Below are positions 34,403 to 49,390 of a stretch of DNA of 64,000 nucleotides, piece by piece (position 1 is the first letter of the stretch; each line of letters starts with the position of its first letter). A model generated the notes under the pieces. The model was not told where the DNA came from. It saw only the letters and a list, made by a program, of their open reading frames with translations, and did not search any database. Source of the stretch: Eledone cirrhosa. Lineage: Eukaryota. The stretch spans positions 27,590,001 through 27,654,000 of the forward strand of contig OZ024761.1 in assembly GCA_964016885.1 (NCBI GenBank). The letters are read 5' to 3'. The position numbers were made by a program, and so were the translations under genes.

Positions 34403-34659
34403 GCTGCTCTTATCTGGTGTTGTCAAATAGAAGCGATGTATTGTCACTCCATGTATTACAGTAGTCTATTGCTTTCAGCTGCTGTTTTATATCACATTCA
34501 ATAATAATTATTCCTTCACTTAGACCTGACAGATCAATACACTACAGGTGGTGGGAACAGTGGGAAATACAGAAGTCCATTCCTAGACACACACACACAC
34601 ACATATATATAAATATATTTATAAACATATATATATATATATGTATATTTATAAACATC

Positions 34660-34719
<60 letters not shown>

Positions 34720-34745
34720 ATTATTATTATAAACATACATACATG

Positions 34746-34797
<52 letters not shown>

Positions 34798-34858
34798 AAC
34801 ACACATACATTCATATACATATATATGTATATTCATAAACATACATATATAAACACTA

Positions 34859-34911
<53 letters not shown>

Positions 34912-35229
34912 CAAATAGATACTCATCTGCATGTGTGTGTGTGTGTGTGTGTGTGTAATTATGTATTCCTAGTAATGTTTGCACAGCTAAATAGATAGCA
35001 ATGTTTTATTCTAATCTTGAAATGGGAAAAATCAGAGATAAAATACTTTCATGTCAGATAATTTCACAACACACATCTATATAATTTATATCATTTCCCG
35101 CCACACAGATTTTCTAACTACATCTGTTGACAATGTTGTTCGAAAGACATCAGCTGCATGGTTTCTCATTAGTTTCGAGTTGTTGTTGTTTAGCCTCAGG
35201 TCACTGTGTTGATGTATGTATGTATGTAT

Positions 35230-35924
35230 GATCTTATTGTTTTATAATTTCACAAATTGTTGCCAATAGAGAGAGTCGGTTTCTAACATAGACATAATAC
35301 TCTCATAAACTAGGTAGAAATGTCTGCATATCTCCATGCATGCATGTGTATGTGTGGATATTATTGTATGTGTGGATATGGATGTTATTGTATGTGTGGA
35401 TGTGGATGTTTTGAGGTGTATGTGTGCATGTACATACACTTTGTATCTGTACATGTGTATATGCAGTTATTAGATGCAACAATTTTAGAATGTTTTCCAT
35501 ATTTTTACTGTTCCATTAATGGATTGTACTTGTAATTTTTTAACTAGTTGTGTTCTTTCTGTTCCTGTGAAGCCTAGCTTCTCAAGATTTGTATTGAGGC
35601 AGTTACTAACATATCCCAGTGCCCCAATAATCACAAGCATAAATCTGAAGGCATAATGAGGGTGGATTATCTGCAGATTTCTCATCAGTTCTGCATAAAT
35701 ATTCTCCTTTTCGCTAATCTTTGATATTATATTGGCATCTGCTGGGCAGCTAAATTCCACTACTGTGCATGCTTTCTACTCCCTGTCCCATATCATAATA
35801 TCTGGTCTGTTATGCCTGCATTTTATTAGGGTTTTTACTGGACCATTCCCCCATTACTCTTTCATATTATGTATATGTATGTCTTCCACATTGCTGTAGC
35901 TTTTAATGTGTTTATTATCGGGGC

Positions 35925-35925
<1 letters not shown>
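35230..35925 (-). mobile_element. 3' fragment of an R4/Dong-type LINE (restriction-like endonuclease), copy 1
   Basis: KCRHNRPDIMIWDRE*KACTVVEFSCPADANIISKISEKENIYAEL...IIGALG, a PD-(D/E)xK-type RLE motif with in-frame stops. Confidence 0.85.
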
Positions 35926-35956
<31 letters not shown>

Positions 35957-35980
35957 TGTATGTATGTATGTATGTATGTA

Positions 35981-36059
<79 letters not shown>

Positions 36060-36074
36060 ATGTATGTATGTATG

Positions 36075-36757
36075 TTCTTCTGGTTTTATAATTTCACAAA
36101 GTTTTACCAATAGAGAGAGAGTCGGTTTCTAACAGACACAAGACTCTCTTATTTGGAATTTACACAACATCAATTAGATAGAATATGTATGCATGCATGC
36201 ATGTGTAGATATGGATGTTATTGTATGTGTAGATGTGTATGTTTTGAGTTGTATGTGTGCATGTGTATATGCTTTGCATCTGTACATGTGTATATGCTGT
36301 TATTAGATGCAACATTTTTGGAATGTATTACATATTTTTACTGTTCCATTAATGGATTGTACTTGTAATTTCCTAACTAGTTGTGTTCTTTCTGTCCCTG
36401 TGAAGCCTAGCTTCTCAAGATTTGTATTGAGGCAGTTACTAACATATCCCAGTGCCCCAATAATCACAGGCATAAATCTGAAGGTGTAATGAGGGTGGAG
36501 TATCTGCAGATTTCTCATCAGTTCTGCATAAATATTCTCCTTTTCACTAATCTTTGATATTATATTGGCATCTGCTGGGCAGCTAATTTCCACTACTGTG
36601 GATGCTTTCTTCTCTCTGTTTCATATCATAATATCTGGTCTGTTATGCCTGCATTTTATTGGGGTTTTTACCGGAACATTCACCAGAACTCTTTCATATT
36701 ATGTATATGTATATATTCCACATTGCTGTAGCTTTTAATGTGTTTATTATCGGGGCA

Positions 36758-36760
<3 letters not shown>
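36075..36760 (-). mobile_element. R4/Dong-type LINE 3' fragment, copy 2
   Basis: ORF 36303-36593 EISCPADANIISKISEKENIY...PVIIGALG; same 5' breakpoint as copy 1. Confidence 0.85.
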
Positions 36761-36788
<28 letters not shown>

Positions 36789-36829
36789 TGTATGTATGTA
36801 TGTATGTATGTATGTATGAATGTATGTGT

Positions 36830-36885
<56 letters not shown>

Positions 36886-37199
36886 TCTCAGCTCATGTCA
36901 GTCGGCTCATTCCTCCATCCATGTTCGTACTTTCGATAAAACTTTCAATCCAATGTCGTTTTGAAGTATTTCAATGAAGTGAGGTATGTTGACTCTCTCG
37001 TTTAATCCAGCCATGTGGTGGCTCCCATAGTATCTATTTCTGGTTCAGATAGCGACCTTCCAATCACAATATTTCGGTGTGCTATCTTGTCAGTAAAATA
37101 TGTCAGCAGACAATGCCCCCCCCCCCCCCCCAAAAAAAAAATGTAGTAGTGGCACTGGAGCTGGTGCTGGTGTAGCTCTTCTAACACGATTTCAAGAAC

Positions 37200-37700
37200 A
37201 ATCTGTGACTCGATTACTAAACAGAACTCAATAATATCTCAAAGTTTCTATCTAAGACATAATCAAGATGGCTTTTATATCCCAAAGATCAACTACATGT
37301 CACCTATTTACTCCAAGGAGATGCCTGGAATGGGAAATGTCGAAAGACACAACATGAAAACAATATTATTCTTTTCTTGATACCGAGTAAACCTTCGACA
37401 GCATTCCATGGCGATAAGTAGATGAATAAGTTGATGGAAGTCGTTTGTGCTTATGGAAAATACCTAAGCGGTTTGTGGAGGGAATCACCTCGCTTTAGGA
37501 AGATACAAGGGTCAGAATGTTGACCCCCGCCCCAGATGGCGAAGCAGATATTTTTAATATATTTTCAAATGTGCTGAAGGTTGATATATTGCTCCCTTAT
37601 CTCTTTAAGATTATAATTCATTATCTAATAAGACAAGCTATCCATTGATGACAAGTTGGTAGAACTTGGGTTTAAACTCACAATCAGGAGAATCAACCAT
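37200..37700 (+). pseudogene. Heavily decayed RTE-clade reverse transcriptase fragment
   Basis: NQDGF..RSTT, TFDSI, AYG and PDGEADIFNIFSNVLKVDILLPYLF (compare SPDG...GVLQGDTLAPYLF). Confidence 0.65.
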
Positions 37701-37737
37701 GTAACACTATATACACACATACATACACATATATGTA

Positions 37738-37773
<36 letters not shown>

Positions 37774-37830
37774 AACACATATATATATAATATATATATA
37801 TATACATATATATATTTATATACATTTATA

Positions 37831-37868
<38 letters not shown>

Positions 37869-38094
37869 TGTATATATATAGTTATATATGTATATATAAG
37901 TGTATATAAATATATATATATATATATATATAATATATATATATGCACACGTATATGTGTATATATACACATATATGTATATACACATATATGTATATAT
38001 AAGTATATATATAAACACATATAAATACACACACACACATAAGTATATATATAAATACATATAAATACACACACACATATATATATGTATATTA

Positions 38095-38294
38095 NNNNNN
38101 NNNNNNNNNNNNNNNNNNNNNNNNNNNNNNNNNNNNNNNNNNNNNNNNNNNNNNNNNNNNNNNNNNNNNNNNNNNNNNNNNNNNNNNNNNNNNNNNNNNN
38201 NNNNNNNNNNNNNNNNNNNNNNNNNNNNNNNNNNNNNNNNNNNNNNNNNNNNNNNNNNNNNNNNNNNNNNNNNNNNNNNNNNNNNNNNNNNNNN
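38095..38294. other. Assembly gap (200 N)
   Basis: Run of N. Confidence 1.
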
Positions 38295-38354
38295 CACTTC
38301 TCCCTTCATGCCCTTTTCTCTCTCTCTTCCACTCTCCATCCCTTTCTCACTCCA

Positions 38355-38411
<57 letters not shown>

Positions 38412-39493
38412 ATATATATATACATATTTATTTATTTTAAGACACATATGACAAGATGGCTGACTTTTGACAGCTTTTATTTTTACTTTCCTTGCAAATA
38501 TGAATAGCTACATGATTAGTATTGAGAAATTCTTTTCCCTTTGATTGGTTATCTGGCTTAGTTGATTGATTGCTTTGATTGATTTAATGGTAAGTTGGAA
38601 AAGTGGTGAGGCTGCAACGATGGCTGTGGTGTGGGGTTGGCGGTGGTGGTGGTGGCGGCGGGCGCTGAGTGGAGGGATGTGAAAAAATAAACAAGCAAAA
38701 CATAAACAAAAGAAAGCAAAGCAAAACAAAAAATAACAAAAACGAAACGAAAATTTCTTTTGAAGAAATCGCACTTATGTTAAAAGGAATAAATAGCAAG
38801 GAAAATTGAATTCATATTAATTTCCTTTTAGTTAGGATTCAACGAGCACACACATACACTCACACATGCACACACACACATATATATATATACATATACA
38901 CTATATGCATACATAATACATATATGATTTAATAATATAAGTACAATATATGCAAACATACACATTATATATATATATACATATATATATATGAACAGTG
39001 TTTTATGTTGTAGATATATATGTGTAATATAAACAATGTTTTATGTTTATATATATATACATGTACACACATATATATATATATATATATGTGTGTGTGT
39101 TTATATATATATATATATATATTTATATATTAATAATGTTCTGTGTTTCATTTATTTATATATATATATAATATAAACTGCTTTTGGGGGGGAGGGGGAG
39201 GGGGGTCTGTAGATTTATAAATTTATAAAGTTAGAATTTAAATAAAAAACAAAACAGAAGAGAGAAAATAATCGAACCAAAATCAATGAATACAAAACAA
39301 TAAATAAATAAATAAAATTAAAATAATATAATCGAACGTTGCTGGATATGAACCCATGAGTTAATTTCTTGATGCCTGTCAACAATGGAATACATATTTT
39401 ATGGATTTTAACCCGTCTTCTTTGGTTTTGTGTTTCTTGTTTTCTTTCTTGTACTGTTTAAGTATAATAAGTAAGCTAGGGCTCTGTACGTAT

Positions 39494-40310
39494 GTGTGTT
39501 GGAGTCTGTGTGTTGGTGTCTGTGTGTTGGTGTCTGTGTGTTGGTGTCTGTGTGTTGGTGTCTGTGTGTTGGTGTCTGTGTGTTGGCGTCTGTGTGCTGG
39601 CGTCTGTGTGCTGGCGTCTGTGTGCTGGCGTCTGTGTGCTGGCGTCTGTGTGCTGGCGTCTGTGTGTTGGCGTCTGTGTGCTGGCGTCTGTGTGCTGGCG
39701 TCAGTGTGTTGGCGTCTGTGTGTTGGAGTCTGTGTGTTGGAGTCTGTGTGTTGGAGTCTGTGTGTTGGGGTCTGTGTGTTGGCGTCTGTGTGTTGGCGTC
39801 TGTGTGCTGGCGTCTGTGTGTTGGCGTCTGTGTGTTGGGGTCTGTGTGTTGGCGTCTGTGTGTTGGCGTCTGTGTGCTGGCGTCTGTGTGTTGGCGTCTG
39901 TGTGTTGGCGTCTGTGTGTTGGCGTCTGTGTGTTGGCGTCTGTGTGTTGGCGTCTGTGTGTTGGCGTCTGTGTGTTGGAGTCTGTGTGTTGGAGTCTGTG
40001 TGTTGGAGTCTGTGTGTTGGCGTCTGTGTGTTGGCGTCTGTGTGTTGGCGTCTGTGTGTTGGCGTCTGTGTGTTGGCGTCTGTGTGTTGGCGTCTGTATG
40101 TTGGCGTCTGTGTGTTGGAGTCTGTGTGTTGGAGTCTGTGTGTTGGCGTCTGTGTGTTGGCGTCTGTGTGTTGGCGTCTGTGTGTTGGCGTCTGTGTGTT
40201 GGCGTCTGTATGTTGGCGTCTGTGTGTTGGAGTCTGTGTGTTGGCGTCTGTGTGTTGGCGTCTGTGTGTTGGCGTCTGTGTGTTGGCGTCTGTGTGTTGG
40301 AGTCTGTGTG
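39494..40310. repeat. 14-bp minisatellite (GGCGTCTGTGTGTT), about 58 copies
   Basis: Direct reading; variants GGAGTC, GGTGTC, GCTGG. Confidence 0.97.
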
Positions 40311-40420
40311 CTAAATGTGCGTTTGCATTTGTTTGAATCGACTATTTCGTGCGTATATATATATATGCCATGACTGAATTATAACCATCAACATAGTCAA
40401 GGTATGTCAAGCATCAACTT

Positions 40421-40484
40421 ATTTTATCTGATGAGGACGTACTGTTGAAATAGCTCAGTACCTCTGAAATATGTATAATAAAAT
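40421..40484 (+). ncRNA. Type I hammerhead, canonical CUGAUGA (family F)
   Basis: ATTTTAT-CTGATGA-ggacGTACTG..CAGTACctct-GAAA-TATGTA-TA-ATAAAAT; 7-bp stem I. Confidence 0.7.
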
Positions 40485-40554
40485 ATATTTGATCACATGA
40501 ATATCTATCTATATCTCTATATATATATATCTATATATCTATATATATATAGTA

Positions 40555-40605
40555 AGTTTCAGAAGATCCTGTTAAGGGTGAAAGCAGCGATTCTTTGCTT
40601 AAACT
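40555..40605 (+). ncRNA. Hammerhead variant (U4A) in a solo family E terminus (40552-40628)
   Basis: AGTTT-CAGAAGA-tcctgttaagggt-GAAA-GCA...TGC-TT-AAACT. Confidence 0.58.
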
Positions 40606-40717
40606 TTAATCTGTTATTTTAATAAATATATATATATATGGACTTATTACTCAAACTGGTATGTCCTAACCTCTCACTCTATGTATATACACACAGACAG
40701 ATATATATATATATATC

Positions 40718-41109
40718 GTAAAGGAGTCAGGCCCCAGACGGCTGAGCTACGGCCGTTTCGACTCTTTTCCTATTAGCCACTCTACTACTCTACAAGTATC
40801 GAGTACTCTGATGCGTTATGGTCCACCTGGTATCTTACCACACCTTCTCTGTTGTATGTATATATATATAGGAACGAGTAGGACCCCGACGGCTGAGCTC
40901 AAGCCGTTTCGACGGCTAATTCTGAACTAGTAGTCCAGAATTAGCCGTCGAAACGGCTTGAGCTCAGCCGTCTAGTCCAGAATTAGCCGTCGAAACGGCT
41001 TGAGCTCAGCCGTCGAGGTCCTACTCGTTCCTATTACCCACTCTACTACCCTAAGTATTGAGTACTTTGGTGGTTATGGTCCATCTGGTTCCTTACCACA
41101 TTTCCTTCG

Positions 41110-41110
<1 letters not shown>
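40718..41110. mobile_element. Two adjacent family A copies with inverted and direct rearrangements
   Basis: 40718-40855 and 40871-41110; repeated TAGTCCAGAATTAGCCGTCGAAACGGCTTGAGCTCAGCCGTC. Confidence 0.8.
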
Positions 41111-41163
<53 letters not shown>

Positions 41164-41164
<1 letters not shown>

Positions 41165-41512
41165 AATGAAAATAGAGAAATTAATGTGAGCAAGAAGCCA
41201 ACAGCATTTCATAATATATAAGTGACTATTACGTCAAGATGGAAAATATTTAACGTAAGTTATGGGAAAATAATTCAAACACAATTAAAAAAAAAAGTCA
41301 AGACAGAAATTTTATCCACAGATTTTGTGAAATCCAGGGAAAAAACCAATAGAGTCTTAGCTCAGAATAAAATTAAGGTTAAATAGTCATGCTTCAATTT
41401 GGAACAACAGTCATCAAGGTGTTCGGTAGTTGGGACAGCAGAACGGGTGTATAGTTAAAAGTTAGTGTCCGACAGCTGACCTCACGCTGTTTCAATGGTG
41501 AGTGGATAACAT
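41164..41512 (-). mobile_element. Longest family B copy, beginning with a hammerhead 3' half
   Basis: Minus strand GAAA-CAGC-gtgaggtca-GCTG-TC-GGAC (41467-41493). Confidence 0.6.
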
Positions 41513-41546
41513 ATGTATATATATATATATGTATATACATATATAA

Positions 41547-42118
<572 letters not shown>

Positions 42119-42902
42119 ATATATATATGTATAAATATATATATATGTATAAATATATATATGTATAAATATATATATATGTATAAATATATATATGTAT
42201 AAATATATATATGTATAAATATATATATGTATAAATATATATATATGTATAAATATATATATGTATAAATATATATATGTATAAATATATATATATGTAT
42301 AAATATATATATGTATAAATATATATATGTATAAATATATATATATGTATAAATATATATATGTATAAATATATATATGTATAAATATATATATATGTAT
42401 AAATATATATATGTATAAATATATATATGTATAAATATATATATGTATAAATATATATATGTATAAATATATATATATGTATAAATATATATATGTATAA
42501 ATATATATATGTATAAATATATATATGTATAAATATATATATATATATAAATATATATATAAATATATATATGTATAAATATATATATATATATAAATAT
42601 ATATATAAATATATATATGTATAAATATATATATATATATAAATATATATATAAATATATATGTATAAATATATATATGTATAAATATATATATATATAT
42701 ATAAATATATATATAAATATATATGTATAAATATATATATATATATAAATATATATATAAATATATATGTATAAATATATATATATATATATAAATATAT
42801 ATATAAATATATATGTATAAATATATATATGTATAAATATATATATATAAATATAAATATATAAATATATATATATATATATAAATATATATATATATAA
42901 AT

Positions 42903-42993
<91 letters not shown>

Positions 42994-42994
42994 A

Positions 42995-43052
<58 letters not shown>

Positions 43053-43098
43053 ATGATATTAATAAATGGATGGAAACAATATTTATAAAACTATATTT

Positions 43099-43157
43099 AT
43101 TCTATTATATATATTTCAAGGGTACCAACACTTTGGTAAGCCCTCATCAGATAAAAT
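43099..43157 (-). ncRNA. Type I hammerhead, canonical core
   Basis: ATTTTAT-CTGATGA-GGGctTACCAA-agtg-TTGGTACCCtt-GAAA-TATATA-TA-ATAGAAT. Confidence 0.72.
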
Positions 43158-43291
43158 AGAGTGCTTGTTTTATAAATATCGACATATCCAGGAATGAGCC
43201 CTTAACGGTTCAAGTTTTACCTGGATAGTCTTAACTTGAATCGTTAATGTCTCATTCCTGGATACGGCAATATTTATAAAACAAGTTCTGT

Positions 43292-43350
43292 ATTTTATCT
43301 GATGAGAGCGTACCAAAGTTTTGGTACCGGTGAAATATATATAATAGAAT
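43292..43350 (+). ncRNA. Type I hammerhead, canonical core
   Basis: ATTTTAT-CTGATGA-gagcGTACCAAA-gt-TTTGGTACcggt-GAAA-TATATA-TA-ATAGAAT. Confidence 0.68.
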
Positions 43351-43519
43351 AAATATGATTTCATAAATATAGTTTCCATTTATTAATATCAGTGATTTTA
43401 TTCTCCATAAAACTTGTCGAGTGCTTCGCATCTGTTATAAATATATATATTTGTTGAATTACCAACAAATTAAATACCCCTATGCTTATCTATATATATA
43501 TATATATAACGGCAAGTAT

Positions 43520-43606
<87 letters not shown>

Positions 43607-43879
43607 CACTACCACACTTACACACCAATATATATGCCCACATATACATACACACCCACATATACACACATACATATACAAACATATACATATACTACCA
43701 TACACTCATTAACAATGGCTACCAAATTGGACTCAATAAACAAAACAAAACAAACAAGATAAACAAAACAAAAACAAAACGTTTTAATGAAAAACTTCAT
43801 TAAAACTAAATTTTACAAGTATTACCACACACTTACCTGCATAGACACACACATATATATATATATATACGCATATATG

Positions 43880-43990
<111 letters not shown>

Positions 43991-44191
43991 GTATGCTGGC
44001 ACATATATAAGTTAACACACGCATAGATACACCACACACACACATATATATGAATATATATATATATATATATATATACACTTACACATACATACATACA
44101 CATATATAAATTCACACATATATATATATATATATATGCATACACACACATATATAAGTATACATACCCATATATGTATGCATAGACACTC

Positions 44192-44224
<33 letters not shown>

Positions 44225-44353
44225 TATATATATATACTTACATACGCATATATACATACAGTCACATACATATTGTATGCGCAAACACAAGCAAAACACT
44301 TCATAAAGCAACGTCTATAGACAACGAGAAAGAATACAGTAAAACGGACATTG

Positions 44354-44386
<33 letters not shown>

Positions 44387-45534
44387 CATATATGTATATA
44401 TACACATACCCCCTACATATACATACTCATATACATGCATATATATAGATATATAATTATATACGTATATATATATGCATCCCCCTACACATATATAATT
44501 ATATATGTATATATAAACACATCAGAGAAATAGTGTCTAAAAATGTTCATGAGGACAGAGACAATTTCATTTACCAGTGAAATTACATTAAATGCTTGTT
44601 TACGTGATCTATGTGACTTTTAGCTAGCTATTGTATACAAATGTACATACACTCAATTATATATAGCATTATATATATATATATATATACTATATATATA
44701 CATCAGATATCTATATATATATCTATATATATCAGATATATACATATATATTTATATATATCATATATACATATAAGTATATATGTATATATATATCATA
44801 TGTATAATATATATATATATATTTATATATATATATATATATAATGTATATATATATAATGTATATATATATATATATGCCATTTTATACGCACACACAC
44901 GTCAACCCAAATTTCGCATGCACATAATCCATGCACATACATACAAGTATGTATGTGTGTGTTTATATATATATATATATATATATATGTTTTTGTTTAA
45001 TAGGCAGTAGTTATGTATGTATGTATGTATGTATGTATGTATGTATGTATGTATGTATGTATGTATGTATGTATGTATGTATGTATGTATGTATGTATAT
45101 TCTATTCTATTATATTATATTAGAATTTTCATCAAAGTAGTGATGAGAAATCGTTAAGATATTTCTAGTAGTTTAGTGTGACGCCATCTTAGAAAATTTG
45201 TTGCCATCCTTCCTACGACCAGTTTCAAAATAGTAACATCACTTACTTCAAAGTTAAACATTTGAAAAACCAGCGAACAACAACAGCAACAACAGCAACA
45301 ACAGCAAGAGTTACCAAACAAAGCATCACGAGCAGTACAAACAACTGTAGCTCCTGTGACAACAACAGTTATAAGATGAACATCCACAACAAAATGGCGG
45401 CGGAAGAACTACAACAAGAATGTCATCAATCAGTATTAAAAAAAGATGGAGAGCTGCAGCACCAATAATAACAACAAGAATAATATCAGCAACAGTAGTA
45501 TCACTACCACAACAAGTATAACCAGGACAACGTC

Positions 45535-45537
45535 AAT

Positions 45538-45580
<43 letters not shown>

Positions 45581-45608
45581 CCCACTACTACTACTATAAA
45601 CTGCTGAT

Positions 45609-45664
<56 letters not shown>

Positions 45665-45722
45665 GCTGCTCTACTACTACCTCTACTACTACTATTACTA
45701 ATACTACTACTACTACTACTAG
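45535..45722. repeat. (ACT)n microsatellite
   Basis: Direct reading. Confidence 0.95.
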
Positions 45723-45982
45723 CACAAGGTGTGTCAGCGAAGAAAACATTACATAATCGGTCAAGGTGCAAGAAATAGCAGCTAATATTCCCTCGACTCA
45801 CACACGTCAATGTCGAAAAATAAAATGAAGTCCACATCGGACAATGTAGGTCTCACCACGGGTTGCCGTGTTCAATCTCTCTGTACGTCGCACTAAGAAA
45901 GTATCTGGGAACAAAGCACCAGTCTTTGAGTGGAATTTGGTAGAAAGAAACTATACGGAAGCCTGTATTATCTGCATATATA

Positions 45983-46099
45983 ATAATTGTTTCTACTTTT
46001 GGCACAAGGCCAGCAATTATCCCAGTGCATTACTGGTACTTTATTTTATCGATCCCCGTAAGGATGAAAGGCAAAGTTAACTTTGGCGGGATTTGAAGT
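45983..46099 (-). mobile_element. tRNA-derived SINE, 5'-truncated
   Basis: Same family as 13750-13868. Confidence 0.85.
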
Positions 46100-46184
46100 C
46101 TGCATATATAATGATGATGATGATGATGATGGTGGTGTTGGTTTTGGTAATAGTCACTTGAACAACTAAACTATACTTACATAT

Positions 46185-46585
46185 GTAGTATTGCAAGTTC
46201 ACTGTAATAACAACTATAACAGCAACAACAATAACAACAGTTAGAGTAAGAATAACGATAGCAACAATAGCCGTGACTCCAACAGCAATAACAATAGCAA
46301 AAACAGTAACAACAACAGTAACAACAACAGCAACAGTAACAAAAACAGCAATAGCAATAACAACAGTAACAAAAACAACAATAACAACAGCAAACAGTAA
46401 CAACCACAACAAAAACAGCAACAATTACCGCAATAACAAAAACAACAACAACAGCAGTAACAACAACAAGGGCAACAGTAACAACAACAACAATAAAAAC
46501 ATCAGTAACAAAACCAGTAACAACAACAAAAACAACAGTAACATCATCAGTAACAACAACAACAGCAACAGTAACAAACACAGCA
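46185..46585. repeat. (AAC/AGC/AGT)n low-complexity tract
   Basis: Direct reading. Confidence 0.9.
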
Positions 46586-46721
46586 ATTACTCTAGCATAT
46601 GTGATTAAATCAAAAGTCGTTGCTTAACATCAGATTAAATCTTTAACACGCCAACCATTTAGAAAATTCAAAGAATCTCTTAACATGTCTCTCCCTCTAT
46701 CACATATACACATTCTCTCTC

Positions 46722-46768
<47 letters not shown>

Positions 46769-46794
46769 TAGTAGTTTTGGTATACATATATATA

Positions 46795-46868
<74 letters not shown>

Positions 46869-47030
46869 TATATATATATATATATATATTAAAATAGTAG
46901 TTTTGGTATACATATATATATGCATATATATATATATATATATATATGCATATATATCTATATATATATGCATATATATATATATATATATGCATATATA
47001 TCTATATATATATACATATATATATATATG

Positions 47031-47061
<31 letters not shown>

Positions 47062-47080
47062 GCATATATATATATGTATA

Positions 47081-47118
<38 letters not shown>

Positions 47119-47232
47119 AATATATATGCATATATATATATATACAAATATGTATGCAGATATGCATTCAAATTTGTATGCTTGTATGCATGTCTTTTTA
47201 TGCTTATCTATGAACATATCTAAAACCATGTT

Positions 47233-47278
<46 letters not shown>

Positions 47279-47416
47279 TAGATATATAATATGTGTTTGT
47301 GTATATGTATGCACATATATGTATCTATAAATATATATATATATATATATGTATATCTATATGTTTGTATATGTTTGTATATATATATATGTGTATGTAT
47401 GATTATGTATATGTGT

Positions 47417-47463
<47 letters not shown>

Positions 47464-47665
47464 TATATAAATATATATATATATATATGCATATATAAAT
47501 ATATGTATATATATATATATATATATATGCATATATAAATATATGCATATATATATATATGTATATATATATAAATGTATATACAGGTATGTGTGTGCTA
47601 TTCGTAATAGATATTGATTTATCTATCAGCTAAACCATTAACTATCAAATTAACAATATACGGCA

Positions 47666-47747
<82 letters not shown>

Positions 47748-47773
47748 CGTGTGTTTGTGTATGTGTATTTGTG

Positions 47774-47804
<31 letters not shown>

Positions 47805-47894
47805 GTATGTATATATATACACACACACAAGCACAAATACACGTCTGTGTTTGTATATATATACACACACACACAGACACAAATACACGTCTGT

Positions 47895-47954
<60 letters not shown>

Positions 47955-48266
47955 GCAGTCTAATATAGTTTTCGGCTGTAATGATATTTGGCAGGCGGGA
48001 ATTATTAAGATGAAAATTAGTCATTATCTTTCTTAATATGGCACATTGGCGAATCTTGTTATAAGTGTTGGAACACGATTTATCTGGTTGATACTGATAA
48101 GAAACAAGCGCCGTCCGACTAACTTGGCTTCTGATAAAGTAAGAAAAAACTTAGCTCAATTTTTGTATGTGAAGTTTGCTGATCAGATCATTTAAAACTC
48201 CTAATAAAACGATCAAACTATTCATGTTTATTCAATATGCTTAATTTCGTCAAGGCGTTTTAATTG

Positions 48267-48297
<31 letters not shown>

Positions 48298-48388
48298 GGT
48301 ATGTATGTATGTATGTATGTATGTATGTATGTATGTATGTATGTGTGTGTGTGTGTATGTCTGTATGTATGTATGTATGTATGTATGT

Positions 48389-48429
<41 letters not shown>

Positions 48430-48455
48430 TATTTATATATATATATATGTACATT

Positions 48456-48486
<31 letters not shown>

Positions 48487-48487
48487 T

Positions 48488-48518
<31 letters not shown>

Positions 48519-48543
48519 TTATATATATATATATATGTATATT

Positions 48544-48591
<48 letters not shown>

Positions 48592-48617
48592 TATATATAT
48601 ATATATATATGTATATT

Positions 48618-48648
<31 letters not shown>

Positions 48649-48698
48649 TTATATATATATATATATATATGTATATTTATATATATATATATGTATAT

Positions 48699-48729
<31 letters not shown>

Positions 48730-48730
48730 T

Positions 48731-48761
<31 letters not shown>

Positions 48762-48834
48762 GTATATGTATATATATATATGTATATATGTATATGTATA
48801 TGTATATATACATATATATATGTATATATATATG

Positions 48835-48873
<39 letters not shown>

Positions 48874-48881
48874 GTATGTAT

Positions 48882-48923
<42 letters not shown>

Positions 48924-49020
48924 GTACATATGTATATGTATATGTATATATACATATATATATGTATATATATATGTATATATATATGTATATGTATATG
49001 TATATATACATATATATATG

Positions 49021-49052
<32 letters not shown>

Positions 49053-49084
49053 TGTATGTATATATATATATATATATATGTATG

Positions 49085-49117
<33 letters not shown>

Positions 49118-49190
49118 GTATATATATATATGTATATATATATGTATATGTATATGTATATATACATATATATATGTATATATATATATG

Positions 49191-49253
<63 letters not shown>

Positions 49254-49288
49254 GTATATATATATATGTATATATATATATATGTATG

Positions 49289-49323
<35 letters not shown>

Positions 49324-49390
49324 GTATATATATATATGTATATATGTATATGTATATGTATATATACATATATATATGTATATATATATA

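Larger units (their letters stand above)
43051..43440. mobile_element. Family F fold-back element with two divergent hammerheads
   Basis: Inverted arms ~43051-43175 and ~43272-43392. Confidence 0.8.

Noticed and set aside
39401-40373. Cys/Trp-rich repeat ORFs
   Set aside because: All three + frames are open because the 14-bp unit has no stop; this is a minisatellite, not a gene.
45262-45468. Short ORF with Kozak-like ATGGCGGCG
   Set aside because: Only 24 codons follow that ATG, the context is low-complexity and there is no splice support.
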